Part shown: positions 12,916-25,849 of the stretch, in pieces
How the letters are laid out: the number at the start of each line of letters is the position of its first letter
Numbering within the stretch: the first letter of the stretch is position 1
Origin: Lama guanicoe
Taxonomy: Eukaryota
Direction: 5' to 3'
Assembly: GCA_013239625.1 (NCBI GenBank)
Contig: MU054212.1
Location: 8,976,898-9,040,897 of the forward strand
Length of the DNA: 64,000 nucleotides
The notes under the pieces: generated by a model
Databases searched by the model: none
Told to the model about the DNA's origin: nothing
Seen by the model: the letters and a program-made list of their open reading frames with translations, nothing else
Position numbers and translations under genes: made by a program

Positions 12916-14117
12916 AAACTCATTCTGGCTTTTAATTGGTTTGTGCTTATAAATTGAGTTTCCCTGGAATTATTAACTAATTCTGTGTATAGGGTCATTT
13001 GCATATAATAAAACTGGTTTAATTTTGCAATTAAACTTTTGATAAAATTTGATAGGTACTACAACAATTTGAAAATTAAAAGGCATAAAGGACAAAGAGT
13101 GAACAGTCCCCTCCCATTCCTGCCCGGTCACCCTTTGGCTTGGCTCGTCCGTGTCATCAGTTTCTTGTGTATCTTTCCCGGGATGGTCCAGGCGTGTGAG
13201 AGCAAGTATGAACACACCTACAGATGCACACAGAGTGCTGGACTGTGTGGTGAGACAGTGATTTACTCAACCCCGCCTCCCAGGTGTACACACAGAGAGT
13301 GAATTATTGTGTGAGAGGACACACACTTTGAACAGGTGTCCGTAGGCAGTTAAGACAATGTTCTTTATGAATATTTTTGATGACCTGGAGAGAAAGCCAG
13401 TCGGGGAAAACCCAGCAGTTTTTAACCCTGCATGGAGGGAGGACAGCTAAACCTAAAGGAGACGGAGGACCTGAGTGGATGGCTGGTTTGGGGAGATGGT
13501 CACGTGTTCAGTTTGGGGCTGGTCAAGCCTAGAATAAGGACCAGATATCTTGCTTGGAAAGATGGTACTAGAGACATGTGAGAAGGGAGAGCTGGGATAT
13601 GAGTTTAGGGTTGCTTCTGATCCTGCACACAAACCCAGGGCTGGATAGAATAGCCCATATTTACCCCTTTACCTTCCCCGACACTCCGGGAAGTATGAGA
13701 TTAACAAGACTGTTACCACCAGCAGTATAATTACTGAGAAGAGTTAAGATTTTATTTTTGTTTTTGCATTTGCTCTCCTCATTTTTCAGCAGTTCTGTAT
13801 CTGCAGAGTCAGGATATGTAGCCATCTCAAACTGTCCTCTCTTCATTTTAGCCCTTGTTGACTCTTAGTTCTACAAGTATCTTCATGGTTAAAGTTCACC
13901 CCCAAACCTTGTATTCTTGTCTTTCTAGTCATTTTGTGTGTCTCTAGCTCATTCTCCAGGCACGGAGTCCTTGAGGTCAAAGCTGTTCTCATGATCATTC
14001 TAAGATGTTTCCCCCTTTCCCACCACTTTCTCCCCCTCATGAGGGTACAGCTCTGGGACCTGCGATACCCCAGCAGACTGAACATGCAAACAGACAGGTG
14101 AGTCTGGCTGTTTGTAT

Positions 14118-14396
14118 CAGGAGAGATAGTAAAGCGATTTAAAACAATGAAAACAATGCTACTCTGTTCGCTAATTATTTTTGTTTAGGAAAACAGTTAT
14201 TTTTCCTAAAATATGCTATTGATGTTGGCATATGAGTTTGTTACTTTTGACTAGTTAAAAATACATTAAAAATTTCTGTTTTAATTCCTGAAAGGTAAAT
14301 GACGTGTCTAGCACCCACATAAACAAAGCTCTTTGGGCTGTTTAGTAATTTGATGAGGGTAAGGAGTTGAAGATAAAAAATTTGAGGACCCTTGTT
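14118..14396 (+). mobile_element. Charlie1-like hAT DNA transposon terminal fragment
   Basis: cccacataaacaaagctctttggg..aaaaaatttgaggacccttg resembles the Charlie1 terminus. Confidence 0.6.
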
Positions 14397-14419
14397 CTAA
14401 TAGATTCTTTAGGAAAACC

Positions 14420-16010
14420 TTCAGGGTTTTGCACAGTTAACAGTTTATTGATACAGTTTATACTTAAGTTTTACTATATGTCATGTCCTTGGCTCCCATC
14501 TTCTTTTTATCACCCCATTTTCTTCTATATAAAGTGTTGCTTTTGAAGAGTCTGGTGCTGATCCACTTTTCTTTCCCTTATAAGTCATTTTCGCTAAGAC
14601 TCCCAAACAACTTTTTTTTTCTTCTTCTGTGAAGTTCAGTAATTAGACTGTGTCTTGGGGTGAGTCATTCTGGACCAGTATTCTCAGGTACACAGCATGC
14701 TCTTTCAATATGTGTTTTCAAATACATATTTTTTTTTAATTGTAGGAAAGTATTCTTGTATTATAGTTTTAAATGTTGGTTCTTTTCCCTTGTTTTGCTC
14801 GTCTTCTTCAGGGACTCCTATTTTCTGTGTGTTAGAGCTTCTTGACCTACTGGGAGTAATGTGCTTTCTTTTGAATTATTTTCTTCTTTTTGAATTAAAA
14901 AATAAAGTCCCAATTTGACTTTCTCCGTAACTTAAAGGATTACCTGTTGTATTTATTTGCTTCTGTGTTTATTTCACTTTAAGAGTCATTTCTGAATATT
15001 AGGGATTTTCTTGTTCTTTGAAGTGCCCTAGTTCTCATGTCTGAGCTTTCCTATTTCTGATTTATATCATTCTTCCTTGTCTTATATCATTTCACTATAT
15101 ATTTTCCCCACTTTTAAAAAACTGGGGTACAAATTTGATTTGTTCTTTAGATCGGTCCTTCTGGCATACTTTCACTGTCTATAAAGATGTTGCTCAGCTC
15201 CTTATTCACGTTTTCCCTCTAACGACTCTGCATGTGGTTTGACCTTTATGCTTTTATGGTGCTCATTTTTATGTGAAATAAGTTTTTCTGAACTTTTAGG
15301 AGGAGACTTGTTTCAGAGTTGTTTTTCTAACTTCGCAGATCCTCCTTGTCTCTTTTGGTAGCGTGTTCAGAAACACGGCTGGTTGCATTCTGAGATTTCT
15401 GGGCTCTGTTTCTGTCTCTCATCTTTAATTGGACCATCGCTTTCCTCTGTATTATTGCTCCTGTCTTGCTCGGTTTTGATTCCACTCCCAGCAGTGACTC
15501 CTTTCCTGGAGGGGTGCCCTGGGGTCCATTTTCAAGAGTTCCTAGGGACTAGATGGCCCCACTCTTTAAGTCCAGCAATGGGCTCATGACCTGCCTTGTG
15601 CTGGATTGGTCAACACCCCTCTCAGTTTCAGCTGCTACTCTCACACTGGCCTGCCATACTTTCCAGTGAATACCTGTCAGCTATTTTGGGTTCCCCTGAT
15701 CTCACGTCTGTCAGATGCCTTATTGTTTCCCTCTGTTTTCTGCTGAGCAGATGACAATACGATGCGTGCCTTACAGCAGTTGTGGTGTGTCCTCACCCAC
15801 TTATGTTTTAGTGTTTGTGGAATTTTTTCCCACTTAGTTGTACTTGACGCTTGTCATTTTCTTGTAAATGTTGTGTATGGGTTGTTTTTTTTTTTTGCTC
15901 TCTGGTTGATTTTTTTAAAGCTAGTACTTAGAAATTAAATATATTTTGAGATAGAGATTCACATGCAGTTGTAAAGAATCGTACAGAGAGATCCCACATA
16001 TCCATACATT
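14420..16010 (-). mobile_element. Old degraded L1/HAL1-like sequence
   Basis: Long T-rich degenerate tract with the texture of antisense L1M. An L1MC-like 3' piece lies at ~15920-16010. Confidence 0.5.
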
Positions 16011-16134
16011 GGTTTCTCTATTTTTATGTGGGGTTTTGGAAGATACACAAAATATTCTCTCTCACTATGCCATCTTCATAGACTCCTCTCTCCATGGGGG
16101 ATTCTTAAAAATGTTTCCTTAAAATTGTTATTTA

Positions 16135-16590
16135 AAATCAGTTTACCATTGCATAACAAAACCCTCAAAACAATAATGAGTGGTTTAAAGGCAGAAGATT
16201 CCTTTCTTATTGTGTGAAGGACAGACATCTGGGGGATACATTCCAGAGTCAGTAGGGTGGTTCCCGGGTCATCAGGGATGGGATTTTTTCTCTGTTGTTC
16301 TGTTGTTCTTAGCATGTCGCCTTGCAGTCCAGGATGACCATCTGAGCTCTAGTCATCACTTCTGTGTTCTAGGCTGCAGAGAGGAGGGGGGCTGAGAAAG
16401 AGCTTGTACCATCCTCTGACTTTCCGAAAGTTTCTGCTGACACTGGATTGGCCTGAATTTAGTTCTGGAGCTCCTGGTAGTTGCTAAGGAGTCATGGAAA
16501 TGAAGGTTTTTAGCTGGTTGCATGGCCACCCTAAGTAAAACCGGGCTTCTCTGCCTGAGAAAGAAGGGGAGAGTGAACACGGGGGACAGG
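16135..16590. mobile_element. MLT1 (MaLR) LTR, degraded
   Basis: gcataacaaaaccctcaaaac..agtggtttaaa..gattggcctgaatttag..ggaaatgaaggtttttagctgg are typical of MLT1J/K/L. Confidence 0.6.
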
Positions 16591-16894
16591 CAGCTCAGGA
16601 AGCAATGGACTTTTTCTGCTGTGTGCTTGAATGTAAACTTACAGAAAGTGAATGAATATGTCAGAAGTTAAAAGGACATTTTGAGTGAGATTTTAATCTT
16701 AGCATGTTTTTCTTTTTAAATTTATGCTGTTTTGCAAATTAAAACAATTCAGTGCTCTGAACTGAACTTCTTTGCACAAAGCTTGGGATCCTCATGGCAT
16801 CTCAGTCAGCGCAGACCTTTCCTCTCCAGGCGGCAGTGGCGGGAGGGGAGACATGGCCTTCTCTGTCTTTCTGGCAGTGCTTCCTGAGTCACTG

Positions 16895-17095
16895 TTTTTT
16901 TTTTTTTTAAATTGAAGTACAGTCAGTTACCATGTGTCAGTTTCTGGTGTACAGCACAATGTCCCAGTCATATATATATATATACACATATATTTGTTTT
17001 CATATTCTTTTTCATTATAGATTATTATAAGATATTGAATATAGTTGCCTGTGCTCTACAGAGGAAATTTGTTTTTATATCTATTTTTATATAGA
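16895..17095 (-). mobile_element. L1 3' end with polyT
   Basis: PolyT followed by aattgaagtacagtcagttac..tttctggtgtacagcacaatg. Confidence 0.85.
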
Positions 17096-17452
17096 GAGCT
17101 GTGTTGTAACTAACATCCTATAACAGATTAGCTGGTCCTTCAGTGGCAACATAGATAAAGCCCTTTGGTCAGAAACACAGAGAATCTTCAAGAGGAAATT
17201 TGGCATCTTTTCCTCAAGAAGACATCTTGTCTCTAACACAACAATGTGTCTTGGCTCTCAGTTTCTCCATTATTTCTGCTGTTTGGTCGTCCCCCTTGTG
17301 CCCTGGCTTTCCTGCTCTCTCCCTGTGCTTGTTCAGAATCTCAGCGTTTGGAAATACCACCCTCCCCTTCAAACCATGCTTGTTTGCAAGCTGGTTTCAA
17401 GTCACACATGTCTGCAAGCAAGTTACTGACTGTTTCTCCCTTTAATCACTGC

Positions 17453-17692
17453 TTTAAAAAAATTGTGGTAAAATATATCCACATAAAATTTACCATCTTA
17501 ACCATTTTTAAGTGTACAGTTCAGTGGTACTAAATACATTCACATTGTTGTGCAACCGTCCAACCTCAGAATGACTCTCATCTTGCAGATCTGAAACCCC
17601 AAACAAGTGAAACAATAACTCCTCATTTCTCCCTCCCCCGGCCCCTGGCAACCACCATTTCACTTTCTGTTTCTATGAATTTGAGGACTCTA
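17453..17692 (-). mobile_element. L1MB-type 3' end
   Basis: cataaaatttaccatcttaaccatttttaagtgtacagttcagtgg..ccctggcaaccaccatt. Confidence 0.8.
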
Positions 17693-17849
17693 AAAGTGCA
17701 GTCACACCAAGTGCAGTCACACAAAGGAAAGATAGAAACACTTTTCCTGCCCACGTCCCTTCTAAATGAGCAGGACTGTTTTCTTTTAAGTTTGGCTGGT
17801 TGCTGTCTGTCTGTCTCAGCCCCAGTTCTTCAGTGGAGACCGCTGGAAC

Positions 17850-17965
17850 GTGCCAGGTGTGGTCTCCAGGCCGGCATCACTGGCGTCACGTGCTTAGAAA
17901 TGCAGCATCTCAGGCCCCATCCAGATCGCTGGGTGAATGGTGAACGCATTCAAGTCTGAGCATGT
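17850..17965. mobile_element. MER5A fragment
   Basis: gtgtggtc..ttagaaatgcagcatctcaggccccatccaga. Confidence 0.65.
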
Positions 17966-19104
17966 TCAGCCACTCTGGTGGCTTTGAGAGGGAGGCCTCT
18001 GTGAGGCGGGGCAGTGGGCCTGCAGCCTGGGGAACCGACGGGCACAGGGGCTGCTCTTCTCACCCAGCCTGTCCACAGAGGTGAGGACAGGACCGGCCCT
18101 GGGACAACAGGAGTGACCAGGGGGCGGAGGACTCAACAAACGTGACCAGGAAGTGGGTGCCTGCAGCCATCTCCCTTGAGACGCAATCTTTGTTTTCTCT
18201 CCATGGACAGGGGAGGAGAGGATGTAGCCCCAAAGCAGATGGTCAGAAAAGAAAAGGGATTGTGAAGACATCTGACACTGAAGGAGGGGTTTTAGGGAGA
18301 AGAGCCAGAGGGAAGTGTCAGGGCCATAAGCTTCCGTCTCTGTGTCTCAGGTCTGAAGGTGGCAGTGTAGTTGGCCTCTTGCTCTGGGCAGGGGGGCAGG
18401 TGGGGACAGGTGCACGACTCTTCATTCCAGGGGTGAGCCATTGAGTTCTAGTTATGGAAAAGAAGCGTTTTGGACGACGAGGTGCATGGTCTTTCTCAAC
18501 TGCCAAGTATGTGGGAAGGAGGGGCAGGCAGGTGTCTTAAACAGAGCGCCGGACCAGGAGTCCAGGTGCCAGGTTCTTGCCCTATGCACCATTTCCCACT
18601 ATTGTGTGACTTTGGGTGGGTCATCGCGCTTCTCTGATCCTCAGTTTTCCAGTCTGTAAAATGGGCACAACACCACCCTGTGCTCTCTGGGCCCTTGTGA
18701 GTCTCAGATACGATTAAGGAAGTAAAGGGCTGAAAATCTGTGAGTGCCATCCTTCACCTGGCCTCAGCTTTTGTGGATGAGGCTTCTCATGCAGGAAATC
18801 TCACACGGGGTGTACCATGGGCTGGCTGTAATTGGCTAAACAAATCCAAGTTATTGATTTACATCCAGAAATGTGTCAGTCGCCCAGGAGAGGATGCTCA
18901 GAGACGGAGCTGGCTCCTCTCTCTCCTTGCAAGTGGGTGAGAGGGGGAAGGATTTGATGTGCCAGGTAGGGGGAGCCCACTGTGACCAGCCTGTCTCATG
19001 GGAGCAGGAGGCCGTGGGACAGGGCAGCTTTCCCTCAGTGATGCTGCCGGAAAAGTTGGGAAGATTTTTACACTAGCGTCCCACACATCTAGGTACGTAG
19101 GCTT

Positions 19105-19630
19105 ACTTTTTTATGAGTTTATTGAGATATAATTCACATACCATAACCCTCCCCATCCTTTAAAAAGCATTTAGTATTCTCCCTGGCTTTTCAGTATATT
19201 CATGGAGCTGTGCAGCCATCACCATATCTAATTCCAGAATGTTTTCATCACCCCCCAAAAGAAACCTTGTGCCCATTAGCAGTTACTCTCCATTCCACCC
19301 CCCCAGGTCCTTGGCAGCCACTAATCTACTCGTTGTCTCTATGGATTTGCCTCTACTGGCAGTTTAATATAAATAGACTTCTGTGATATGTGGCCTTTTG
19401 AGTCTGGTTTCTTCCCTAAGCATCCTGTTTTCAGGCATCAGCCACGCTGCACCATGGATCAGTACTTGATTCCTTTTAAGAGTAGAATATTATTCCATTG
19501 TTTGGTTTGAGCACGTTTTGCCCTCAGTCGATGGACATTTGAGTTGTTTCCACCTTTTTGGCTGTCAGGACTAACGTAGCTGGATGAGTGTTTAAGTGAA
19601 CATAGGTTTTCGGTTCTCTTGAATATGTTC
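19105..19630 (-). mobile_element. L1MB-type 3' end
   Basis: tttattgagatataattcacataccata..ctaatctact..gtctctatggatttgcct..gatggacatttgagttgtttccacc. Confidence 0.85.
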
Positions 19631-21760
19631 TTTTAGCCGCCATTTAAAACATCCATTGGTTTCTGTAGACAGGACTCTTTTACACATGGTGCTTTGGAAA
19701 TTGTGCTGGTTCATTTCAGCCTCGAGAGGAGGAGGAGATGGCAGGGAGCAGGTCCCCCTGGGGCCGGCAGCATAGGAGAGAGGGCTCAGGGTGGCAGGGC
19801 TTTTACCTTTTAGTTTTTTTAAAGGCAGGAAACCTGCCGAAGCTCCAGGGGTGGGAAAGGCCAGGAATGCCTTGTTTTCCTTTCATCATGGCAGCCGAGA
19901 GGCCTTCCTCAGTAAAGACCCAGAAACTCTGATGACCACAAAGAACTTCAGTGCATCTCTTGATCAATGTCCAGACATCTTGGTCGGCATCTAGATACAT
20001 CCATGAAAATAGCCGAGGGGAGGGGTGACTCGTCCAAGGTCCTGCAGCTTGTAACCAGTGAGGCCAGGACTGTGACATTGGATCCATCCTCTTTCCCTGA
20101 CAGTCCCTGCTTCTCCTTTGAGGTGACATTGTGGGAGCCCTTTGAAGCCCCTTCCTTTGTGTCTGAAAGGGAGATGGCTTTGTGCAGAGTGCAGTTTCAT
20201 CTCGCTCTGAATTTTAAGGCCTCAACGAATAGGTTTCAGAGTGTCTAAACCCGAACCACAGTGACCTTTCATCAGCTGCAGAAAACCCACCATTTACACC
20301 CGGCAGCATCTCCTGTTTCACAGCTGCCGAGCGGCGGGGCTGCCTGGCCCGAAGCTGCGGCCAACAGTGACGCAAGGCAGAAACTCAAGCTGGCAAGGTG
20401 GTAGGAAAGTTCTCCTGGGGTTGACTTTGCTAAATCATGACAATGAAGCGAAAATCCACGAGGATGGTTTTATTGGGAAGGGGCTGTGATGGTGCAGGGC
20501 TCCGGCTCCTGGGCTCCTCGTGACCTCCTGGGTGGTGTCCTCCAAGGCCAGAGCTGGGCAGGCCCTGGGCCAGCTGAGGGTGTGGGGAGAGGTCTTGGGC
20601 CGCCCTCCTCCTGGCTTCTCTGGGGGCTGGCCGGGGTTGCGTTCCAGCCTCTGCAGCCTCCCTGCAGCCCCCACTGTGGAACGAGCCTGGTAGAACAGAG
20701 CAGGACACCGCTGAAGGTGACTCGTACCGAGAGGTGTCAGCGTAGAAAGAGGGATCCTGGTTAGTTCACAGAACCCCGAGATTCTCTTCCCACCTTAAAA
20801 AAAGACATCTCCAGTTATCTACCCGATGCGTATAAATGAGCCTGCAAGTCTTTTTTTCTGTGTCGCCGACTGAGACTGGAACATTAGAAGTCCTCCCATG
20901 TGCCAGGGCATTTTTATAGATACGGGCTCTTCCAGTGGAACTTACCGTTCAGGGACCAGCCTGTTCATCTTAATGCTACGCTCCAGGAAGGAGTCACAGC
21001 ACTCAGCTATCACAAAAAACAGTGGAGAGTTTGTTAAGAAACACAGAAAGTCTTGAGAAGGCCTTAGCACAATAATTACGGATTTCATTAGAGCAGTTCA
21101 CTTTGTAATTGATTCCGCACTTTTCCCAGCACCTGTCAATCAAAGACACTTCAATTTAAGGTAGGAATAGTTGTCACTGTTTTGGGACACCCAAGCAATT
21201 TCTAAAAAGAACGGGTAGCTGGATTCCACTGCAGCCCAGTGGGATGTGACTTCCTGGGGGTGGGTCTGGGCATCGGTGTCCTTTAAAAGCTCCCCCAGGT
21301 GATTCTCAGGGCGCTGACTCATGTCCCAGTGCCTTGGGGGAACTGCAGCCGAACCCTTGCTCTGTGCTCCACCTGCGCTAAGCCCTCAACTCATGGGATC
21401 ACATCTCTTCCTCATTAGTGGGAAGGCTGCATTATCCCCTCCATACAGAGGCAGAAACTGAGCTTCCTGGGTTCAGTAACTGGAGGCTTCCCCACCTCCA
21501 GGCTGCCCCGGGGAGGTCTGGGCAGTGCTGGCCTCCAGCCCAGGCCTCCCCCACCCCCTGAGCTGTACTGCCTCCTGCCCAGTGCCCTGGAGTGCCAGCC
21601 CCGGGTCAGGCAGATCCGCTTGGGGTGCTGGTGACACACCCCCTGGAGTGGAAGCAGGGGGCTGCCGGGCTGGCCTTGGTTCACGGCCCTGGCCTCTTGC
21701 TGCTCTGTGACCTCACATAACCTCTCCAGGTCTGTAAATCAGGGGCTGTAGAGCCCACCG

Positions 21761-21978
21761 TGGAGATTTGCAGATACTAATTACTATATATAAAATAGAT
21801 AAACAACAAGTGTATACTGTACAGCACAGGGAGCTATATTCAATATCTTATAGTAACTATAACGAAAAAGAATATGAAAAGGAACATACGAATGTACGTG
21901 TATGACTGAAAAACTATGCTGTACATCAGAAATTGACACAACATGGTAAACTGACTATACTTCAATAAAAAAAATCAA
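21761..21978 (+). mobile_element. L1 3' end
   Basis: ggagatttgcagatactaattactatatataaaatagataaacaacaag..ctgactatacttcaataaaaaaa. Confidence 0.88.
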
Positions 21979-22574
21979 AACATTTTTAAAGCTCTGGAGA
22001 TGTCCCTTTTCCCTTGCTTTCTTTGGTGGTAGGGGGGTGGGGGTGTCATGCCAGGAGCAAAATTGATAGGTGTGAAATGCAGTGCTTACAAGATGCAGTT
22101 TAAACTTTCAAGTTTTAATTGTTTTCCCTACGTTATTTGTTGGATGTGAGACATCTTAATTAAGTATTTCTTGAATATATAAAATGCCAGTGAAAATATG
22201 ATAATCAAAAACTGAAGAGGAATAAAAGCTCAGGACCAAAGTTTATAGAACTCAGGATAAACAAAGAATGCGTCTTCTCATGGTTCCCAAGGAGCCAGCT
22301 GTGAGGACGTTTTTATGTGACCGTGAACGTGTCAACATATGGAGCAGATGTCCTTCTTGTCCATGTGGAGGAATAACTCTTGTTTGTGGCTGTAAGGTTC
22401 ATGTAGGCTGGGGATTGCCTAACAATTGTTTTCCTTTTTCTCCCTTTTTTTGTCAAATGAGACGAGGCTGTTCTCATTTAAACATGGTACGTCAGATTTG
22501 CCCCTGGGTGCCAGAATTTGAATCAGCTGTGCAGGGGTCTGAGCCCAGCATTGCTAAGCACGTAGTAGGTTCTT

Positions 22575-22673
22575 TCCATGATTTATGTTTCCTTTTTAAA
22601 TGGAGGTACTGGGGATTGAACCCAGGACCTCATGCATGCTGAGCACATGCTCTGCCACTGAGCTACACCCTCC
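22575..22673 (-). mobile_element. tRNA-Ala-derived camelid SINE (Vic-1-like), short-tailed
   Basis: Reverse complement ggagggtgtagctcagtggcagagcatgtgctcagcatgcatgaggtcctgggttcaatccccagtacctcca is tRNA-Ala-like with A and B boxes. Degenerate TSD gtag(t/g)a(g/a)gttctt. Confidence 0.85.
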
Positions 22674-23438
22674 TGTAGGAAGTTCTTGATAATGGCCAGA
22701 TGGCAAATCCATTTCAGGAGTGGGGACGCTGATGGACTTTGATCTGCCCTAAGTTCACACTGTGGCCTCGTCTGGTTTTTAAAGCGAGATGGCATCTGCA
22801 GATGCTTTTAGGGGCAATGGGAAGTGAGTGCTGGCTTTCAGGGAACGCTTACCGGCTGGTGCTGGGTTGCATGTCCGCTGTGCGTGGCATTTAATGGGCA
22901 TCAGCGCTGCAGATGGACTTGCTGGCACGTGCACAGAGATACGGATTTAGGCTCTCTTAGCGGGACACCTCCCAAACCCACCAGTGCTCCTGCCTTGTTT
23001 TATTATTCTCATGTTTTTGAGAGCTGAATGTTACGCCTTCGCAAGAATTTTCCTTTCAGAGAGTTTCTGAAAACCCAGCCTTGGACACGTGTTGGGAGGA
23101 GAGTGGCGTGTTTGTGTGGGGACCTCTGGTCTAGGATTTGGAGTGGGTGGGTGGTGAGGGAAGGGTACAGATACCTCTCCCACGTGACACTGAGAGCAGG
23201 TACGTTTGGATTAACTCTTCCTTTTGAAAATCTGCCCCTTCTAGGCTACCAGTCATCCTCACCTTGGAATGAGTGAGTTTGATCTGAATTGTCTGTTACC
23301 TGAGATCGGCTGCCCATCGGGACCGGGCACTCTTATTTTTGGAGTGTTATTGGGGAATTGTGGGGTCCTTGCTGGGATAGTCAGACCACATGTGGGCTCC
23401 CATCCTGGCTTGTCACATCACGCAGGCACCCACCCACC

Positions 23439-23516
23439 TGTAAACACTGACTCAGCACACGTGCTTCTGTCCTGCGGAGGGATGCGGTTGCCAGTGAGTC
23501 CAGGGCTTTGCACGTA
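23439..23516. promoter_or_regulatory. Candidate enhancer motif cluster (FOX, ARE/AP-1, E-box, HRE)
   Basis: TGTAAACA 23439-23446, TGACTCAGCA 23448-23457, CACGTG 23458-23463, CACGTA 23511-23516. Motif matches only. Confidence 0.35.
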
Positions 23517-23929
23517 GCGAGCCATCAGGGTGCACTGATACAAGTCTAAGTGCCTGGTCCGACTGGATCACTCAGCAATGAGGAGAGTCTGCCATCCTCT
23601 GGTTTCCCTTCCCTCTTGACCCACCCTTCACCTTCCTCTCCCAGGGCTGTTCTTGTTCCCCTTCCCCAATCGTGCAGGAGCGCGGTCCAGAGTCACCTGT
23701 GGAGGACTTCAGAAAAGCAGACATAGGGTAAGCCCGAGGTGCTCTTGTAAAGCTTTCTGGGTGATTCCAGTGTGCAGCCAAATTAAGAACTACTACTTTC
23801 CAGATTCTCCTTTTGCTCCAAGTCTCCACCAGTTCCTTGATCTGCCCTGATGTTGCATCTCCCCACAGTGTTCTCCCTGCTCTCTGACCTTATGAGGGCT
23901 AATGATAGCGTAACGGCCCTGATGCGTCA

Positions 23930-24375
23930 GGCACACATCTGCACGTGTTAGGAGCCCCACACATCATTTCAGTCTAATTCAAGTCTCACAGGCTTGCAAA
24001 ATAGGTGTTGTCATCCTCATCTTACAGATAGGAAGACTGAGGCTCAGAAAGATTCACAGACTGCCAAAGACAGGTTTAGGTGGGAGAGCAAGGATTTGAA
24101 CCAAGGCCTGTCTGACTCCAGAGCCGTGTCCTTTCCATAAGTTAGGCTGCTTCACTAAACTCTGCTTGGAGCTTTGCGGACACCCCATATTAATTCACAT
24201 TCTACCAATGGTGGGATTCAGAATGTGGACCCCCACGGTCAAGCTGCCTGGATTTGAATCCTGGCTCTGCCACTCATTGGCTGGGAACTTGAACGTCCTA
24301 CTTACATTCTGTCCCTCAGTGTCCTCATCTGTAAAAAGATGACGATAATACTTATCTTGCAGAGTTGTTGCCTGC
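23930..24375. mobile_element. Two MIRs in opposite orientation (- at ~23930-24125, + at ~24225-24375)
   Basis: catcttacagataggaagactgaggctcaga..ggatttgaacc and gctgcctggatttgaatcctggctctgccact..cctcagtgtcctcatctgtaaaa. Confidence 0.75.
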
Positions 24376-25111
24376 TGAGTGGAGTCTGGTAAAATCAAGT
24401 CAGAAGGGAGCAGTGAGTCTCCTTTGACAAGCAGTCCCAGCAGCAAGAAGGCGATAGGATGAGAATTGATTTGGCTGTCAGCAGGAGAAGGGGGAAGAAA
24501 AGACTGAGAAGAAGCGAAGTTGACTTTTAGAAATCTTGGTGTGCAGGGATGTATTCATCCATCGTTAAGACTTAGATGATTCAGTCTGTCACTGAGGACA
24601 AATGGTTCCTTTTCGGCTTCATTTCATTTGAATCGTTTTATCCAGGCAATAAATATTTAATTGGTTGATGTTTGAAAGTTTACCAGGCTGCAGTAAATCT
24701 ATATTTAGCATAAGCCCCAGTAACGTTGTAAGTCCTTTCCAATAGGGTGAAAATAATCAGCATGCTGCTTAAGTCCTAAAAGAAGTGCCAAGCTCTGGGG
24801 GACATTCAGTGGTGTATTTTTAATTTCACACGGACCTTCTTGTTCCACCAACAAGTGATTGTTTTCCCAAGTCTGCATAGTAAGGCTGGTCTTTCTTTTT
24901 TCCATGCCGCAGCATCCCACAAGAGAAAGAGAAAGGGAGCTGGTCTCTCGGAAATTTGATCTAAGCAAACGATCATCAAGTGATCTTTTCCCCTTTCATC
25001 CTGTTTTGCTTGTGAACCAACTGGAGATGAATTCACTTTCCAAACAAATCTTGAACACCTGAATGTCTGATCATCACAGATACAGGTGTCATTTTATAAC
25101 CATCTATCATT

Positions 25112-25645
25112 TTTTTAAATTGAAGTACAGTCAGTTACAGTATATCAACTTCTGGTGTACAGCACAATGTCCCAGTCATGCGTATACATACATATATTCA
25201 TTTTCATTAAAGTTATTACAAGATATTGCGTATACTTCCCTGTGCTACACAGAAGAAATTTTAAAAATCTATTTCTATACACAATGGCTAACATTTACAA
25301 ATGTCAAATTCCTAAATTTATCCCTTCCCACCCCCTTTCACTCGGTAACCATAAGATTGTTTCCTATGTCTGTGAATCTGTTTTCTGTTTTGTAGGTGAG
25401 TTCATTAGTGTCCTCTTTTCTTTTTTTTTAGACTCCACATATGAGTGATATCATACAGTATTTTTCTTTCTCTTTCTAGCCTACTACCTTCACTTAGAAT
25501 GATGATCTCTCGGTCCATCCATGTTGCTGCAAATGGCATTATTTTATTCTTTTTTAAGGCCGAGTAATATTCCACTGTATAAATATACCACACCTTCTTT
25601 ATCCAGTCATCTGTCAGTGAACATTTAGGTTGTTTACATGTCTTC
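25112..25645 (-). mobile_element. 5'-truncated L1 (534 bp) with perfect 16-bp TSD and ORF2 C-terminal remnant
   Basis: TSD ataaccatctatcatt at 25096-25111 and 25646-25661. ORF 25405-25653(-) gives WIKKVWYIYTVEYYSALKKNKIMPFAATWMDREIIILSE, which is the L1 ORF2p C-terminus. Confidence 0.95.
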
Positions 25646-25849
25646 ATAACCATCTATCATTACTCTGAAATATGAGAAGATGGGTTGGACATCACTTAGG
25701 AAGTGGGACAAGTCCTTAACCCCTGTCCTGGGCACCTTTGTTTACCCGACACAGGTGACTGACTTAGCCATCACCTACACATTCATACACCCGCCTCCCA
25801 CAAGTCTTTGGTGAATGGCACTTACGTTGTTTGATCTCCAATTTCTACT

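Noticed and set aside
17694..17722. 15-bp tandem duplication (aagtgcagtcacac x2) at an L1 boundary
   Set aside because: Ordinary slippage or repair micro-duplication with no sign of function.
22601..22673. Apparent tRNA-Ala gene (also 50428-50501)
   Set aside because: It has an altered acceptor stem and anticodon loop (tcagcat), an A-rich tail and flanking TSDs, and a second copy is present. These are SINE heads, not tRNA genes.
25405..25653. 82-aa ORF with real protein similarity
   Set aside because: It is the L1 ORF2p C-terminal remnant inside a 5'-truncated L1, not a host gene.
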